A stretch of DNA of 64,000 nucleotides from Candidatus Aminicenantes bacterium (GCA_027067555.1 JAMOVU010000177.1:2996-66995), one strand, 5' to 3'; positions 19,233 through 29,611 are shown, counted from the stretch's first letter. The notes: a model not told the origin generated them from the letters alone. Translations and numbers: made by a program.

Positions 19233-20543
19233 ATGTGCGATACCTTTGTATTAAAAAAAGATGGAAAAATTTATTTTGGTAAAAATAGTGACAGGGAGCC
19301 CAACGAGGCTCAAATTATAGAATATCATCCACCCAAAGTGTATAAAAAAGGAGAAAAACTTAAAACCACATATCTTGAAATAGAGCAGGTTAAAGAGACT
19401 TACGGAATAATAATAGGCCGACCATTCTGGATGTGGGGAGCTGAAATGGGAGTGAATGAAAAAGGGGTTGTTATTGGGAATGAAGCTGTTTTTACGAAGC
19501 TTCCTTATTTAAAAAAGAATGTTTTAACAGGAATGGATATCTTAAGGCTTGCTCTTGAGAGAGGAGGTAATGCTGAAGAAGCAGTTGATGTGATTCTAAA
19601 ACTCCTTAATGATTATGGGCAGGGTGGAATATGCGGATTTGAAGATAAAAGAATGAGCTATCACAATAGTTTTTTAATAGCTGATAGAGAAAAAGCGTTT
19701 GTGCTTGAAACAGCAGGAGTGTTCTGGGTTTACAAAGAAATAAAGGATTTTTACGCAATATCAAACAGGCTGACCATTGAAGAGGAGTTTGATAAAATTC
19801 ATCCTGAAGCAATAGATTTTGCAATGAAAAAGAGATGGGTAAAAAAGGGAGAAAATTTTAGTTTTTCAAAGGCATTTTCGGATTTTATTTTTACAAAATT
19901 TTCTGGCTCATATTCGAGATGGTCGAGAGCCTTATCCCTTTTGAGAAAGAAGTATGATAATTTTAAACTTGAAGACACTTTTTCAATTTTAAGAGATCAT
20001 GGTGGAGAAGAGTATAATCCGGACTCTCATTTTTTAGCTGATTATATATGTGCTCACGGAGGAAATATAATAACTCGAAATGCAACTCAAACGGTAGGCT
20101 CTTTGGTTGTTGAAAATAGTGCAAATAATACAAAAGTTTGGTCGACTGCATCATCATCTCCCTGCACGGCTGTTTTTAATCCTGTCCCATTTGAAAATCT
20201 TCCGATTTTTGAAAAAAAACCAGATTCGTATTATGATGATAAAACCTACTGGTGGGTACATGAAAAACTTTATAGAGAAACTTTAAAGGATTTTTGGGAG
20301 CGAATGAATGTATACTCCAAAGAAATAAAGTTTTTTGAAAAGAGAGTAATTGGTGATATTGAAGATGATAAAAAACTCAATGACCTGGACTTTTATAATG
20401 ATAATTTTGTCAGGGCAAAGAAAAAATATCTTGAGTGGTATGATTGGATAAAGGATAGGAAGATTAGAAAAAGACCCAACTTTGTTTTCAGGGTATTCTG
20501 GAATGGGCAAAATAGAAAAGCAGGGCTTAATATTAGACTTTAA
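19233..20543 (+). CDS. Peptidase C69/secernin-like Ntn hydrolase
   Basis: M-C-D-T N-terminus (Cys nucleophile), FGKNSDREPNEAQ, WMWGAEMGVNEKGVVIGNEAV, GMDILRLALER; SD GAGGTG before ATG 19233. Confidence 0.9.
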   Translation: MCDTFVLKKDGKIYFGKNSDREPNEAQIIEYHPPKVYKKGEKLKTTYLEIEQVKETYGIIIGRPFWMWGAEMGVNEKGVVIGNEAVFTKLPYLKKNVLTGMDILRLALERGGNAEEAVDVILKLLNDYGQGGICGFEDKRMSYHNSFLIADREKAFVLETAGVFWVYKEIKDFYAISNRLTIEEEFDKIHPEAIDFAMKKRWVKKGENFSFSKAFSDFIFTKFSGSYSRWSRALSLLRKKYDNFKLEDTFSILRDHGGEEYNPDSHFLADYICAHGGNIITRNATQTVGSLVVENSANNTKVWSTASSSPCTAVFNPVPFENLPIFEKKPDSYYDDKTYWWVHEKLYRETLKDFWERMNVYSKEIKFFEKRVIGDIEDDKKLNDLDFYNDNFVRAKKKYLEWYDWIKDRKIRKRPNFVFRVFWNGQNRKAGLNIRL

Positions 20544-20599
20544 ATCAAATAGAAAGAAGTTGCCAAGCTTTTTTATATATGTTATTATTTTTTTGAGGT

Positions 20600-21340
20600 T
20601 TGAGTATGGGAGTTTTTAGTATTTTTAAGAAAAGCATTTCATTGTCAAAAAATGATATAGTAAAAACAGAAGACATAGCAGAACATCTTAGTCGTTTGTT
20701 AAAGAATGGAACAAATTTATATTTTAAGAGTGGGAATTATGGGAGAAGTGTTCCTCTTGTTCTAAAGAAGATAGGAGAGATGAGAGAAAGGATAGCTTTT
20801 AAAGCAGTCTCTGTTTTCCCTGAAAAAGAGGGGGCAAAGATTACCGTTGAATATGAAACGATGGGGAATCGCTATAAATTTGAAACAAAGGTAATCTCTT
20901 ATAAAGAGGATACAGGAATTGTAATATCAACATTTCCGTCTGTTATTAGGGATAATGAGAGAAGAAGGGAGAAAAGAGTTAAAATACCAAACAGAGCAAG
21001 GTTCATGGTCAAAGTTATTTCAGGAATGGGAGGAGGAATAGGTTTTTCAGGTGATATTATTGATTTAACTTTATTAGGCCTGAGTATGTATGTTGAAAGA
21101 GTTATTGATATAAGAAGTGAAAAAGAAATGCAGGTAAAAGATAAATTGTTTACCCCAGGGATGGAGCTCAGTGTAATAAGGTTTAAAGCAGAAGGCTCAA
21201 GAGAGGCTGAAGTTTCAGGAAAACTAATTTATGCAATAAAGGATGGAGCTAAAATAAGAGTTGGAATTGAGTTTAAGAAACCCTCTGATAATAGCTTGAA
21301 TATTATTAAATCAATGCTTATGAAGTTTTCAGGAAGATGA
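20600..21340 (+). CDS. PilZ-domain c-di-GMP receptor (YcgR-like flagellar brake architecture)
   Basis: RREKR (RxxxR) and DLTLLG (DxS/TxxG) motifs after an N-terminal YcgR-like beta domain. Confidence 0.75.
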   Translation: MSMGVFSIFKKSISLSKNDIVKTEDIAEHLSRLLKNGTNLYFKSGNYGRSVPLVLKKIGEMRERIAFKAVSVFPEKEGAKITVEYETMGNRYKFETKVISYKEDTGIVISTFPSVIRDNERRREKRVKIPNRARFMVKVISGMGGGIGFSGDIIDLTLLGLSMYVERVIDIRSEKEMQVKDKLFTPGMELSVIRFKAEGSREAEVSGKLIYAIKDGAKIRVGIEFKKPSDNSLNIIKSMLMKFSGR

Positions 21341-22368
21341 ATAATAAGATAAAGATAGGGTTAATTTTTGGTGGAATGTCTCCTGAGCACGAAATTTCAA
21401 TAATTTCTGCAAAATCTGTGTATGAGCATCTTGATAAAGAAAAATATAAAGTTTATTCGTATTATATTGATAAAAATGGCTTTTGGTCAGAAGTGAAGTC
21501 TCCTGAGAAGTTAGAGGAAAGAAAGAGTAATCCTGCTCCGTTTATTGCATTTAAAGGAGTTTCCCCTTTTATTGAAGTTGTTGATATTTTTTTCCCTGTC
21601 CTCCACGGTCCTTACGGTGAGGATGGTACTGTTCAGGGAATCTTTGAGAGTTTAAAAATACCCTTTGTCGGAACAGGTGTTGTGGGGGCTGCTGTTACTA
21701 TGGACAAAGTTTTAACAAAAAAAATTCTTGAAGCTGATGGAATTCCGGTAGCAGATTATCTTATTTTGTGGAAGAATAATGATATTTTGGAAGAGCCTCA
21801 GAGAATAAAGGATAGTGTATATGAAGCATTGAAATTTCCGGTGTTTGTTAAACCATCCAGCTCAGGGTCAAGCATAGGTATTACCAAGGTTAAAGAACCA
21901 GCTGCACTTCCCTCTGCAATAAAAAAGGCTTTTGAATATTCTGAAAAAATTTTAATTGAAGAGAGTATAGAGGGTGCAAGGGAGATAGAAGTTTCAGTTT
22001 TCAGTGATAAGTCAGGAATAAGAGTTTCAATCCCGGGAGAAGTTATCCCTTTTAATGAGTTTTATGATTATGAAGATAAATATGAGCTTGGTAAAACAAA
22101 GTTTGAAATTCCAGCAAAACTTCCGGAAAAATTGGTTAAAAAAATACAAAAAACCGCACACGATTCTTTCAAAATCTTGGAACTTTACGGAATGTCACGG
22201 GTTGATTTTCTTTTAGATAAAGATAATAATTTTTATGTAAATGAGGTAAACGCAATCCCTGGTTTTACCTCTATTAGTATGTATCCAAGGCTCTGGAAAG
22301 AGAGCGGTATTGGATATTCTGAACTTTTAGATCTTCTTATTCAATCAGGTTTGCAGAGGTATGAGTAA
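21337..22368 (+). CDS. ddl: D-alanine--D-alanine ligase
   Basis: GGMSPEHEIS, LHGPYGEDGTVQG, GSSIG, FYDYEDKY, NEVNAIPGFT. Confidence 0.96.
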   Translation: MNNKIKIGLIFGGMSPEHEISIISAKSVYEHLDKEKYKVYSYYIDKNGFWSEVKSPEKLEERKSNPAPFIAFKGVSPFIEVVDIFFPVLHGPYGEDGTVQGIFESLKIPFVGTGVVGAAVTMDKVLTKKILEADGIPVADYLILWKNNDILEEPQRIKDSVYEALKFPVFVKPSSSGSSIGITKVKEPAALPSAIKKAFEYSEKILIEESIEGAREIEVSVFSDKSGIRVSIPGEVIPFNEFYDYEDKYELGKTKFEIPAKLPEKLVKKIQKTAHDSFKILELYGMSRVDFLLDKDNNFYVNEVNAIPGFTSISMYPRLWKESGIGYSELLDLLIQSGLQRYE

Positions 22369-22789
22369 AGGCAGAATTCTTGCCATCGACTATGGCGAAA
22401 AAATTTTTGGACTTGCAATATCAGATGAAGAATGGAAGTTTTCATTCCCCTTAAAAAATTATAGAAGAAAGAGTAATGAAGAAGATATTTTATTTTTAAA
22501 AAATCTCATTATGGAAAGAAATATTGTAAAAATTATCTTCGGAAACCCTTTGAATTCAAAAAGAGAAGAATCAAAGATGAGTAAAAGAGTTAGAGAATTT
22601 GCAAAGAAATTGGCAGTAAATATCAGAGTGGAAATAGGGTTTTATGATGAAACATTTACAACAAAGGAAGCAGAGTTAATTTTGAGAGAGTATGGTTTTA
22701 AGGAGAAAAAGATGAAGGGTAAAAAGGATTCAATAGCAGCTTCCTTTATCCTTTCCTCATATCTGGAGACGATAAATGAAAGTAATTAA
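22361..22789 (+). CDS. ruvX: Holliday junction resolvase-like protein RuvX/YqgF
   Basis: ILAIDYGEKIFGLAISD, YDETFTT, DSIAASFIL. Confidence 0.92.
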   Translation: MSKGRILAIDYGEKIFGLAISDEEWKFSFPLKNYRRKSNEEDILFLKNLIMERNIVKIIFGNPLNSKREESKMSKRVREFAKKLAVNIRVEIGFYDETFTTKEAELILREYGFKEKKMKGKKDSIAASFILSSYLETINESN

Positions 22790-23798
22790 AGCTTTATTAT
22801 ATTTTTTATTTGTTTTTATTATTGTTGGGATAATTACACTTTACCTTTACTTTGATAAGGCTGTTAATACAAAGTTTAAAGCATTCTCGGGTGAGAAGAT
22901 TATTGTGATAGATAGAGGCTCTTCTGTTTCAAGAGTAGCTAATATTTTAGAAAGGGAAGGTATTATTAAAAATTCGGATATATTTAAACTTGCTTACAAA
23001 TTCTACTTTAGAGGTAAAGTGATAAATGCTGGAGAGTTTAAGTTTGATAAGCCTCTTTCAATAAAGGAGGTACTTCAGAAATTGATTTCAGAATATGGTA
23101 TTTTGATAAGTTTTACAATAAAAGAAGGTGATTCTATTTTTGATATTGGGGAAAATCTTGAAAAGAGAGCTATTTTTAAAAAAGATGATTTTCTTAAATT
23201 CGTAAAAGAAAATACATACTTTATTGCTGATTTAGCCCCCAATGCAAAGAGTTTGGAGGGGTTTCTATTTCCAGATACTTACAAGTTTTCAAAGGGAATT
23301 GATATTAGAAAACTTGTTAGTATATTTGTAGAGAACTTCAGAACAAAGTTTTTCCCTGTCTGGAATAAACGGCCATCCGATTATAAATTTTCTATCTATG
23401 AAACAATCACTCTTGCTTCTTTAATAGAAAAAGAAACCTCAACAGGGTCTGAGCGTAGTTTGATAAGTTCTGTTTTTCATAATCGTTTAAAAAAAGGAAT
23501 GCTTCTTCAGTGTGATCCCACTTTTATATATGCTTTAAAAGTGGATGGTAAATGGAAAGGGAAGATTGGGTACAGAGAAATTAAATATGATTCTCCTTAC
23601 AATACCTATCTTTACAGGGGGCTTCCACCCGGTCCCATTGCAAATCCCGGGATTAGTTCAATTAAAGCTGCAATATACCCTGCAAATACCAAATATTTAT
23701 ATTTTGTCTCAAAAAATGATGGAACCCACTATTTTAGTAAAACCTTGAAAGAGCACAACAGGGCTGTATATAATTATCAAATAAGGAAGGTCAGATGA
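22776..23798 (+). CDS. mltG: Endolytic transglycosylase MltG
   Basis: LEGFLFPDTY, LASLIEKET, LQCDPT, SPYNTY, GLPPGPIANPG. Confidence 0.95.
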   Translation: MKVIKALLYFLFVFIIVGIITLYLYFDKAVNTKFKAFSGEKIIVIDRGSSVSRVANILEREGIIKNSDIFKLAYKFYFRGKVINAGEFKFDKPLSIKEVLQKLISEYGILISFTIKEGDSIFDIGENLEKRAIFKKDDFLKFVKENTYFIADLAPNAKSLEGFLFPDTYKFSKGIDIRKLVSIFVENFRTKFFPVWNKRPSDYKFSIYETITLASLIEKETSTGSERSLISSVFHNRLKKGMLLQCDPTFIYALKVDGKWKGKIGYREIKYDSPYNTYLYRGLPPGPIANPGISSIKAAIYPANTKYLYFVSKNDGTHYFSKTLKEHNRAVYNYQIRKVR

Positions 23799-24816
23799 AG
23801 AAGAGATTAGTTTATATAGATTATTACCGTATGATAATAATCCTCTTAATGATGCAGGGGCATACTTTAAGAGCTCTTTTAAGGAGAGATCTGAAAACAG
23901 GTATTTGGTTTAAAATTCACGAGTATATTCACGGGGCTGTAGCGCCTGGATTTCTTTTTCTTTCTGGTTTTCTATTTTTTTATACTCTAAAAAAAAAGAT
24001 AAAAATAAGCTAATTTCAAGAATAATTCAGTATATAGGTATTATTTCAATAGGCTATTTCCTTCATCTGCCGTTTTTTTCTTTTGAAAAGATTGCTATGT
24101 TATGGGATAAGGGAGCAGGTGAGAAATTGCTTCAAATGGATATATTGCAAACAATAGGGTACTCACTACTCTTTTCAGCTATTTTATGGCTTTTTAATAA
24201 AAAAGCCTTTTTCCCTGTTCTTACTGCAATTGGTGTTTTAGACATTATTCATATTTTTTATAAAATTGATATTTCCAATGTTTTCTTTAAATTTTTTTTC
24301 AAACCTGAACTCTCTCCGTTTCCCTTTTTCCCTTGGTCTCTTTACTTTATTGTGGGAGTATTATCCTCCAAATATTTGAAAAAGAAAAGTGATTTGCTTT
24401 TAATTTTTTCTGTTGTTCTTTGCAGTATTCAAATTTTTATTTCAGGTGTTCATGCTGAGAGAATTGCTGATATCGGAAAGATTCTTTTTTTATTTGAGAT
24501 GTGTAAAAGATTCTGTACAACGGTTCCTCCCAAAATGAGGGCTTTTATGAGAGCTTCTCGGGAAAGCCTTTTCCTTTATGTATCTCACATTATGATAGTT
24601 TATGGCTCTGTTCTTTCAAGAGGGTTATCATTTTACATAGGGGAAAATCTAAGTTTTTCAGAGTTTTTAGTGGTGTTTATTACAATGAGTGTAATGCTTT
24701 ATTTTATTGCTTATTATATAAATATGATTCGCGAAGAGAATTTTTCTCTTTTCCTTCTTATCAAAAATAGCCTTTATCTTATCTTTTTGTTGAATTTTTT
24801 TAAAAGACCTTGGTAA
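23795..24816 (+). pseudogene. Membrane acyltransferase (DUF1624/HGSNAT-like), split by a frameshift in an A9 run (ORF pieces 23795-24013 and 24097-24816)
   Basis: RLVYIDYYRMIIILLMMQGH and VAPGFLFLSG in the first frame; adding one A at 23989-23997 gives a continuous ~340-aa ORF through IGYFLHLP and MDILQTIG. Confidence 0.75.
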
Positions 24817-24825
24817 TTCCTATAA

Positions 24826-25989
24826 TCAGGCTTTATCAAAGGATTCCGAAAGAAAATCTTTTAGCTTTCCAATTCCTGAAAAATCCTCGATTTTACCTTC
24901 AATCCAATCCTCTCTTCCTCCGCCTCTGCCTTTGACTATTGAGAATATTTCAGAGCTTATTTTCCTAAGGTTTAGTGTACCTTTCCCTCTTCCGATTAAA
25001 ATATATTTTGAAGGCTCCTTTGTGAGAAAAAGGATATTTTTTCCATTGTCCACCAATTTCTTTGCCATAAATTTTATATCTTTGATTTCTTCATCTTCAA
25101 ATATTTTAAAAATAAATTCTTCTGATGATTTTAAAATTCTTTCTATCTCTTCTTCGAGTTCTCTTTTTTTATAAAAATTGAGCTTTTTTCTCATGTTTTC
25201 AATTTTTCCCTTCATATCTTTAATAGCTTCATTGAACTCTTCCTGCGGTCTTCCAATCTCCCTTTGAATGTTTAGTATTATTTCATTCTTTTTCTGATAA
25301 TCCTTTAAGGCTCTGTATCCTGCTACATAGTATAATCTTATGTTTGATCTTACTTTGTCAGTTTTAATTATTTTTATAAGAGAAATTTCTCCAGTACTCT
25401 TAACATGAGTTCCCCCACATGCCGAATAATCAAATCCATCTATTTCAATTATTCTAATTTTCCCTTTTATTTTCGGAGGTTTTCTTAGTGGAATTTTTGA
25501 AATATCTTCGGTTTCATAAACCTTTATTGGAAGATTCTTAATAATTAGGTCAAGGCATTCTTTTTCAGTCTCAACTATTTTTTCGAAAGGGAAATTTTTT
25601 GTATTAATTTCAATGGATGAGTGGTTATCACCAATTGAAAATGACAAAGTTTGGTATCCATAAAGTTTTACTAAAACTTCCGAGAGAAGATGCTGAGCAG
25701 TGTGTTGCTGCATGTTATCATATCTTTTTTCGAAATCTATTGTGATTATTATCTCTTCTTCTGATATATCCTTTTCAATGTAGTGAAAGATTTTATCTCC
25801 ATCTATTTCTGTTTTAATTATTTTAATTCCATTAATAAAACCGATATCTGATGGTTGCCCTCCCCCTTCTGGATACACTATTGTTTTATCCGGAAGTATT
25901 TTCCATAGATTTTCTGATTTTTCATTTTTTATAATTTTAGCCTTTATCTCTTTCAAATAAGAATCTTTCTGATAAATTTTTTCTGTCAT
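24826..25989 (-). CDS. alaX: Alanyl-tRNA editing protein (AlaX-L type, with DHHA1 domain)
   Basis: YPEGGGQPSD, MQQHTAQHLLS, ACGGTHV, GRGGG. Confidence 0.88.
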   Translation of the reverse strand: MTEKIYQKDSYLKEIKAKIIKNEKSENLWKILPDKTIVYPEGGGQPSDIGFINGIKIIKTEIDGDKIFHYIEKDISEEEIIITIDFEKRYDNMQQHTAQHLLSEVLVKLYGYQTLSFSIGDNHSSIEINTKNFPFEKIVETEKECLDLIIKNLPIKVYETEDISKIPLRKPPKIKGKIRIIEIDGFDYSACGGTHVKSTGEISLIKIIKTDKVRSNIRLYYVAGYRALKDYQKKNEIILNIQREIGRPQEEFNEAIKDMKGKIENMRKKLNFYKKRELEEEIERILKSSEEFIFKIFEDEEIKDIKFMAKKLVDNGKNILFLTKEPSKYILIGRGKGTLNLRKISSEIFSIVKGRGGGREDWIEGKIEDFSGIGKLKDFLSESFDKA

Positions 25990-25990
25990 T

Positions 25991-27211
25991 TTATCCTCCT
26001 ACTATAAACATTAATAGGAAAAGAGATGCTATTAAGATTAGAACCGATGGGAGAAGATATTTATACACATCTTTTAATTTTGCTTCATAGTATTCTGCGC
26101 TCAGTACAAGGCAAAAATGCACGGGTGATAATAGCACGCCGGAAAAACCACTAACATATAGGAACATGATTTTCCACATATCAGGATTTGTTGTTCCCAC
26201 AATTGAAACAAAGAGAGGAAAGGAAATGCCAGCAAACGCTGAATTTACACCTGTCAAAAAACCTATTATAAAAGGGACAAAAAACATTATTAGGTATTTT
26301 AGTCCTTTTGCTCCTAAAATCAACTCCTTCGTAAGGTCTATTACCTGAGAGTGAAGGATATAATTTTTAAATATCATAACAGCTATAATTGTTAGAAGGA
26401 TAGAAGGTTTAAATGCTTTTTTCAGAATTTCCCATTTTTCCTTTAAACTCTTCTTAAGAATTATAAATGAAAACATTACCACTATTAAAACTGAAAGATA
26501 AACTTTGATTTTAAATATCAGAACAATAGCTATTATTAAAAGGATTTCCCAGAGTCCGTAAAAAAAGTTAAAAAGATTCTCTTTTAATGACCTGCTTTTT
26601 ATATCATTGTTTTTTAAGGGAGGCAAGTATATTTTCATAAACAGCATTCCTATGGCAATGGCTATTATCGTGAAATAAAATTGATGCTTGAATAGAGGAA
26701 CAAAATCAACCTTAAAAATTCCAGCGCAAAGAATTAATCCCGGGTAGAGAGGCCAGATATATTCCCAGATATGCCTGAACCAAAAATTAATATATGTTTT
26801 AAGAGCAGGGGATATTTGATCATCCTTTAATGTTTCATTTAAAATCGGAGCAGAGACAAGAGCCCCGCCGGGCATCGGTAAGAGACCTATTAATGCAGGT
26901 GATACTGAAATTATCAGGAATTTTCTCTTTAATAGTCCTTCGGTAGCTTCTACGAATATTTTCAGGGATTCTTTTGCCTTTAAAATTTGTCCCAAAATCA
27001 AAACCATCATAATTATTGTTAAAAGTTGTAGAGTATCAGTTGAAATTGTGGCTTGATAGGAAAGTTTAATTATTTCAAGGGGAGATAAGCCAAAAAGAAG
27101 AGCAAGAGAGATTCCTCCTATCAGGATTGCTAAGAAGAGTTCTATTTTGAAATAAAGGAGAACCATTAACAAAATAATAGGCAGCAGAAGTTTTAAAATC
27201 TCTATCAGCAT
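25991..27211 (-). CDS. DUF401-family membrane transporter-like protein
   Basis: PALIGLLPMPGGAL, NFWFRHIWEYIWPLYP, LLSPVHFCL. Confidence 0.85.
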   Translation of the reverse strand: MLIEILKLLLPIILLMVLLYFKIELFLAILIGGISLALLFGLSPLEIIKLSYQATISTDTLQLLTIIMMVLILGQILKAKESLKIFVEATEGLLKRKFLIISVSPALIGLLPMPGGALVSAPILNETLKDDQISPALKTYINFWFRHIWEYIWPLYPGLILCAGIFKVDFVPLFKHQFYFTIIAIAIGMLFMKIYLPPLKNNDIKSRSLKENLFNFFYGLWEILLIIAIVLIFKIKVYLSVLIVVMFSFIILKKSLKEKWEILKKAFKPSILLTIIAVMIFKNYILHSQVIDLTKELILGAKGLKYLIMFFVPFIIGFLTGVNSAFAGISFPLFVSIVGTTNPDMWKIMFLYVSGFSGVLLSPVHFCLVLSAEYYEAKLKDVYKYLLPSVLILIASLFLLMFIVGG

Positions 27212-27336
27212 ATTTTTACCTTGCGAAGTATTATATCAAATAATTGTTAGTATTTTTTATACGGATAAAAGATTGTTTTGTATGAGATCTTGGAAATAAA
27301 TATATATTTTTAAGAAAAATTCTGATAAAATAAAAA

Positions 27337-28128
27337 ATGAGTGAAAAAAAATCACTGGGAGAAATTTTCAGGCAAAAAAGGGAAGAAAAAAAGATTACTC
27401 TAAAAAATGTTTGTGAAGTAACCAAGCTTTCTAAAAGTATCATTTTAGCAATAGAAAGTGATAATCTTGAGGATTTACCGGGAGGTTTTTTTAATCGGGG
27501 GATTTTAAGAACTTATGCGAGATTCCTGGGGCTTGACGAAGAAGAGATTATAGGAATGTATGAAAATATTTATGAAAAAGATGGAGAAAGGAGAGAAAAC
27601 GTATTGACCAGTAATAGAGAGTTTAATTTTAACTTTTTATCAAAAAAAGTTATTTTGGCATTTTTAGCAATATTGATTTTGTTATCATTAATATGGCTAT
27701 TTATTCCTTCTGATTTTTCTATTGCTAAAGTTGAAAATATTAAAAAAATCACTCAAACAGAAGAAAACTTCAAAAAAGTGGAAAAAAAGGTGCTAAAGAA
27801 GAAGATTATGAAGACAAATCCTGAGCCTGCAAGAGAAGTCATAAATAATAACAGGAAAAAAAGAAGGGAGAGTGATGTTAATAAAAACGAACTTATGCTT
27901 AAATTAGTTTTTAATGATGATTGCTGGACAGAAATTCGTAGTGGGGATAAAGTTATTGTATCTACTCTTTTTTCAGCGGGGGATAGTTTTAGAGCTAAAG
28001 GAAAAGTCTTTAGTATAAAGCTTGGAAATCCAGGCGCTGTTGATATCTTTATAAATGGGAAAATATATAAATTTGAATATAAGGATGGTATCCCTAAGAC
28101 ATTAATATTAAGTTATAAGGATTTTTAA
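27337..28128 (+). CDS. rodZ: RodZ-like HTH / TM / DUF4115 protein
   Basis: SLGEIFRQKREEK, LPGGFFNRGILRTYARFLGL, single TM, KLGNPGAVDIFING. Confidence 0.85.
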   Translation: MSEKKSLGEIFRQKREEKKITLKNVCEVTKLSKSIILAIESDNLEDLPGGFFNRGILRTYARFLGLDEEEIIGMYENIYEKDGERRENVLTSNREFNFNFLSKKVILAFLAILILLSLIWLFIPSDFSIAKVENIKKITQTEENFKKVEKKVLKKKIMKTNPEPAREVINNNRKKRRESDVNKNELMLKLVFNDDCWTEIRSGDKVIVSTLFSAGDSFRAKGKVFSIKLGNPGAVDIFINGKIYKFEYKDGIPKTLILSYKDF

Positions 28129-28133
28129 GATAA

Positions 28134-29150
28134 ATGAATGCTAAAGAGGTCGTTGAAAATTTAAAGAAGGATAACCTTGATTCAACAATAAAAGAATTTA
28201 TTTTAGACAGAACCCTTCCTCTTCCGAAAAAAGAATTTATAGAGGCTTTAAGTTATTTAACACGGGACAGTTATTTTAAGGATAGGGCGTATAAAGAACT
28301 TGAAAAGCTCGATTCTGAATCAATAAAGGCCTATTTTATTGACAAAGATTTGATTCCTGAAGTAGCACTCTTTTTATTTAAAAATTTCAAGCATAAATTG
28401 GATAGGGGTACGTATATTGAAATGATTAACAATTTTTCAATACCTCCACAGGTTCTTGTTGAAATAGCCAAATCCGATGATCAGGAATTACTGGAACTTT
28501 TGTCATTAAAAGATATTAAATTACTTGCTCATCCTGAGATTATTGATGTTTTGGTTGCAAATCCGAACCTTTCAAGGGATAAGAGATTCAGACTTATTGA
28601 AATGAAGAAGAGATTTATAGAGGGATATGAAGAGGAAACTATTGAAGAGGATGTTGAGGAGATGAAAGAGGAAATAGAGGATGAAGAAGAGGATATAACA
28701 ATTGAAGTTGAAATGGATATGGGAGAAGGAGAAGAGGTTCAGGTATTAAATCTTAATCAAATAAAAAAGATGACAGTGGCGGATAAAATCAAGCTCGCAT
28801 TGTTTGGAAATAAAGAAATAAGAAAGATTTTGATAAATGATTCTAACCGCTTGGTCAGAGAAGCTGTTTTGCAGAGCCCTAAGTTAACAGATACAGAAGT
28901 TGAAAGTTTTGCTCGAATGAAAAATCTTCCCGATGATGTTATAAGGAGGATAAGTTTTAATAAACAGTGGACTTCAAAATATTCTGTTGCGCTTTCTCTG
29001 ATAAAAAATCCCAAAACCCCTGTAAGTTTTTCATTAAATTATCTTGATAAGCTTATTGTTAGGGATTTGAAACAGATTCAAAAAGACAAGGATGTTCCTG
29101 ACCCTGTAAGAAAAAAGGCAAAAATCTTGATTTCAAGAAAATTAGGATGA
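28134..29150 (+). CDS. Conserved hypothetical all-helical protein with acidic linker
   Basis: C-terminal KIKLALFGNKEIRKILINDSNRLVREAVLQSPKLT motif, recalled from Myxococcota/Acidobacteriota hypotheticals. Confidence 0.7.
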   Translation: MNAKEVVENLKKDNLDSTIKEFILDRTLPLPKKEFIEALSYLTRDSYFKDRAYKELEKLDSESIKAYFIDKDLIPEVALFLFKNFKHKLDRGTYIEMINNFSIPPQVLVEIAKSDDQELLELLSLKDIKLLAHPEIIDVLVANPNLSRDKRFRLIEMKKRFIEGYEEETIEEDVEEMKEEIEDEEEDITIEVEMDMGEGEEVQVLNLNQIKKMTVADKIKLALFGNKEIRKILINDSNRLVREAVLQSPKLTDTEVESFARMKNLPDDVIRRISFNKQWTSKYSVALSLIKNPKTPVSFSLNYLDKLIVRDLKQIQKDKDVPDPVRKKAKILISRKLG

Positions 29151-29611
29151 AGATAAAAAAGATTTATACTATTATTCTCATATTTTCAATTATTTCTTTC
29201 TTTGTTTCAGCTTGTATCAGAAGAAGTGACTTGGAATTGATTCCCAGGATGAGAAACAATATTGTTCAAACTGCAAAATCTCTGGTAGGCAAACCCTATT
29301 GTTTTGGTGGTAAAGGACCGACCTGTTTTGATTGCAGTGGTTTAGTTTACTATGTTTATAAAGTTAATGGATATAATATCCCTTCCACTACAAAAAAACT
29401 TAAAAAAATTGGAAAAAAAATAAAGAAAATTAATAATTTGAGAAAAGGTGATATCTTAATTTTTAAAATAAACCGAAAGCTTTGGCATGCTGGTATTTAT
29501 ATAGGAAATGGATTTTTTATTCATTCACCCAAGAGGAATGCAAGAGTAAGAGAGGAAGAACTAAATAAATATTGGAGAAAAAAGTTTAAAATGGGAAGGA
29601 GAATTATTTGA
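29147..29611 (+). CDS. NlpC/P60 (C40) cell-wall peptidase lipoprotein
   Basis: Lipobox VSAC, GKPYCFGG, FDCSGLV, HAGIYIG, FIHSP. Confidence 0.92.
   Translation: MKIKKIYTIILIFSIISFFVSACIRRSDLELIPRMRNNIVQTAKSLVGKPYCFGGKGPTCFDCSGLVYYVYKVNGYNIPSTTKKLKKIGKKIKKINNLRKGDILIFKINRKLWHAGIYIGNGFFIHSPKRNARVREEELNKYWRKKFKMGRRII

Noticed and set aside
20541-20570. Sigma28 promoter upstream of the PilZ gene
   Set aside because: No TAAA-N15-GCCGATAA match; a sigma70-like TTGCCA-17-TATTAT fits better
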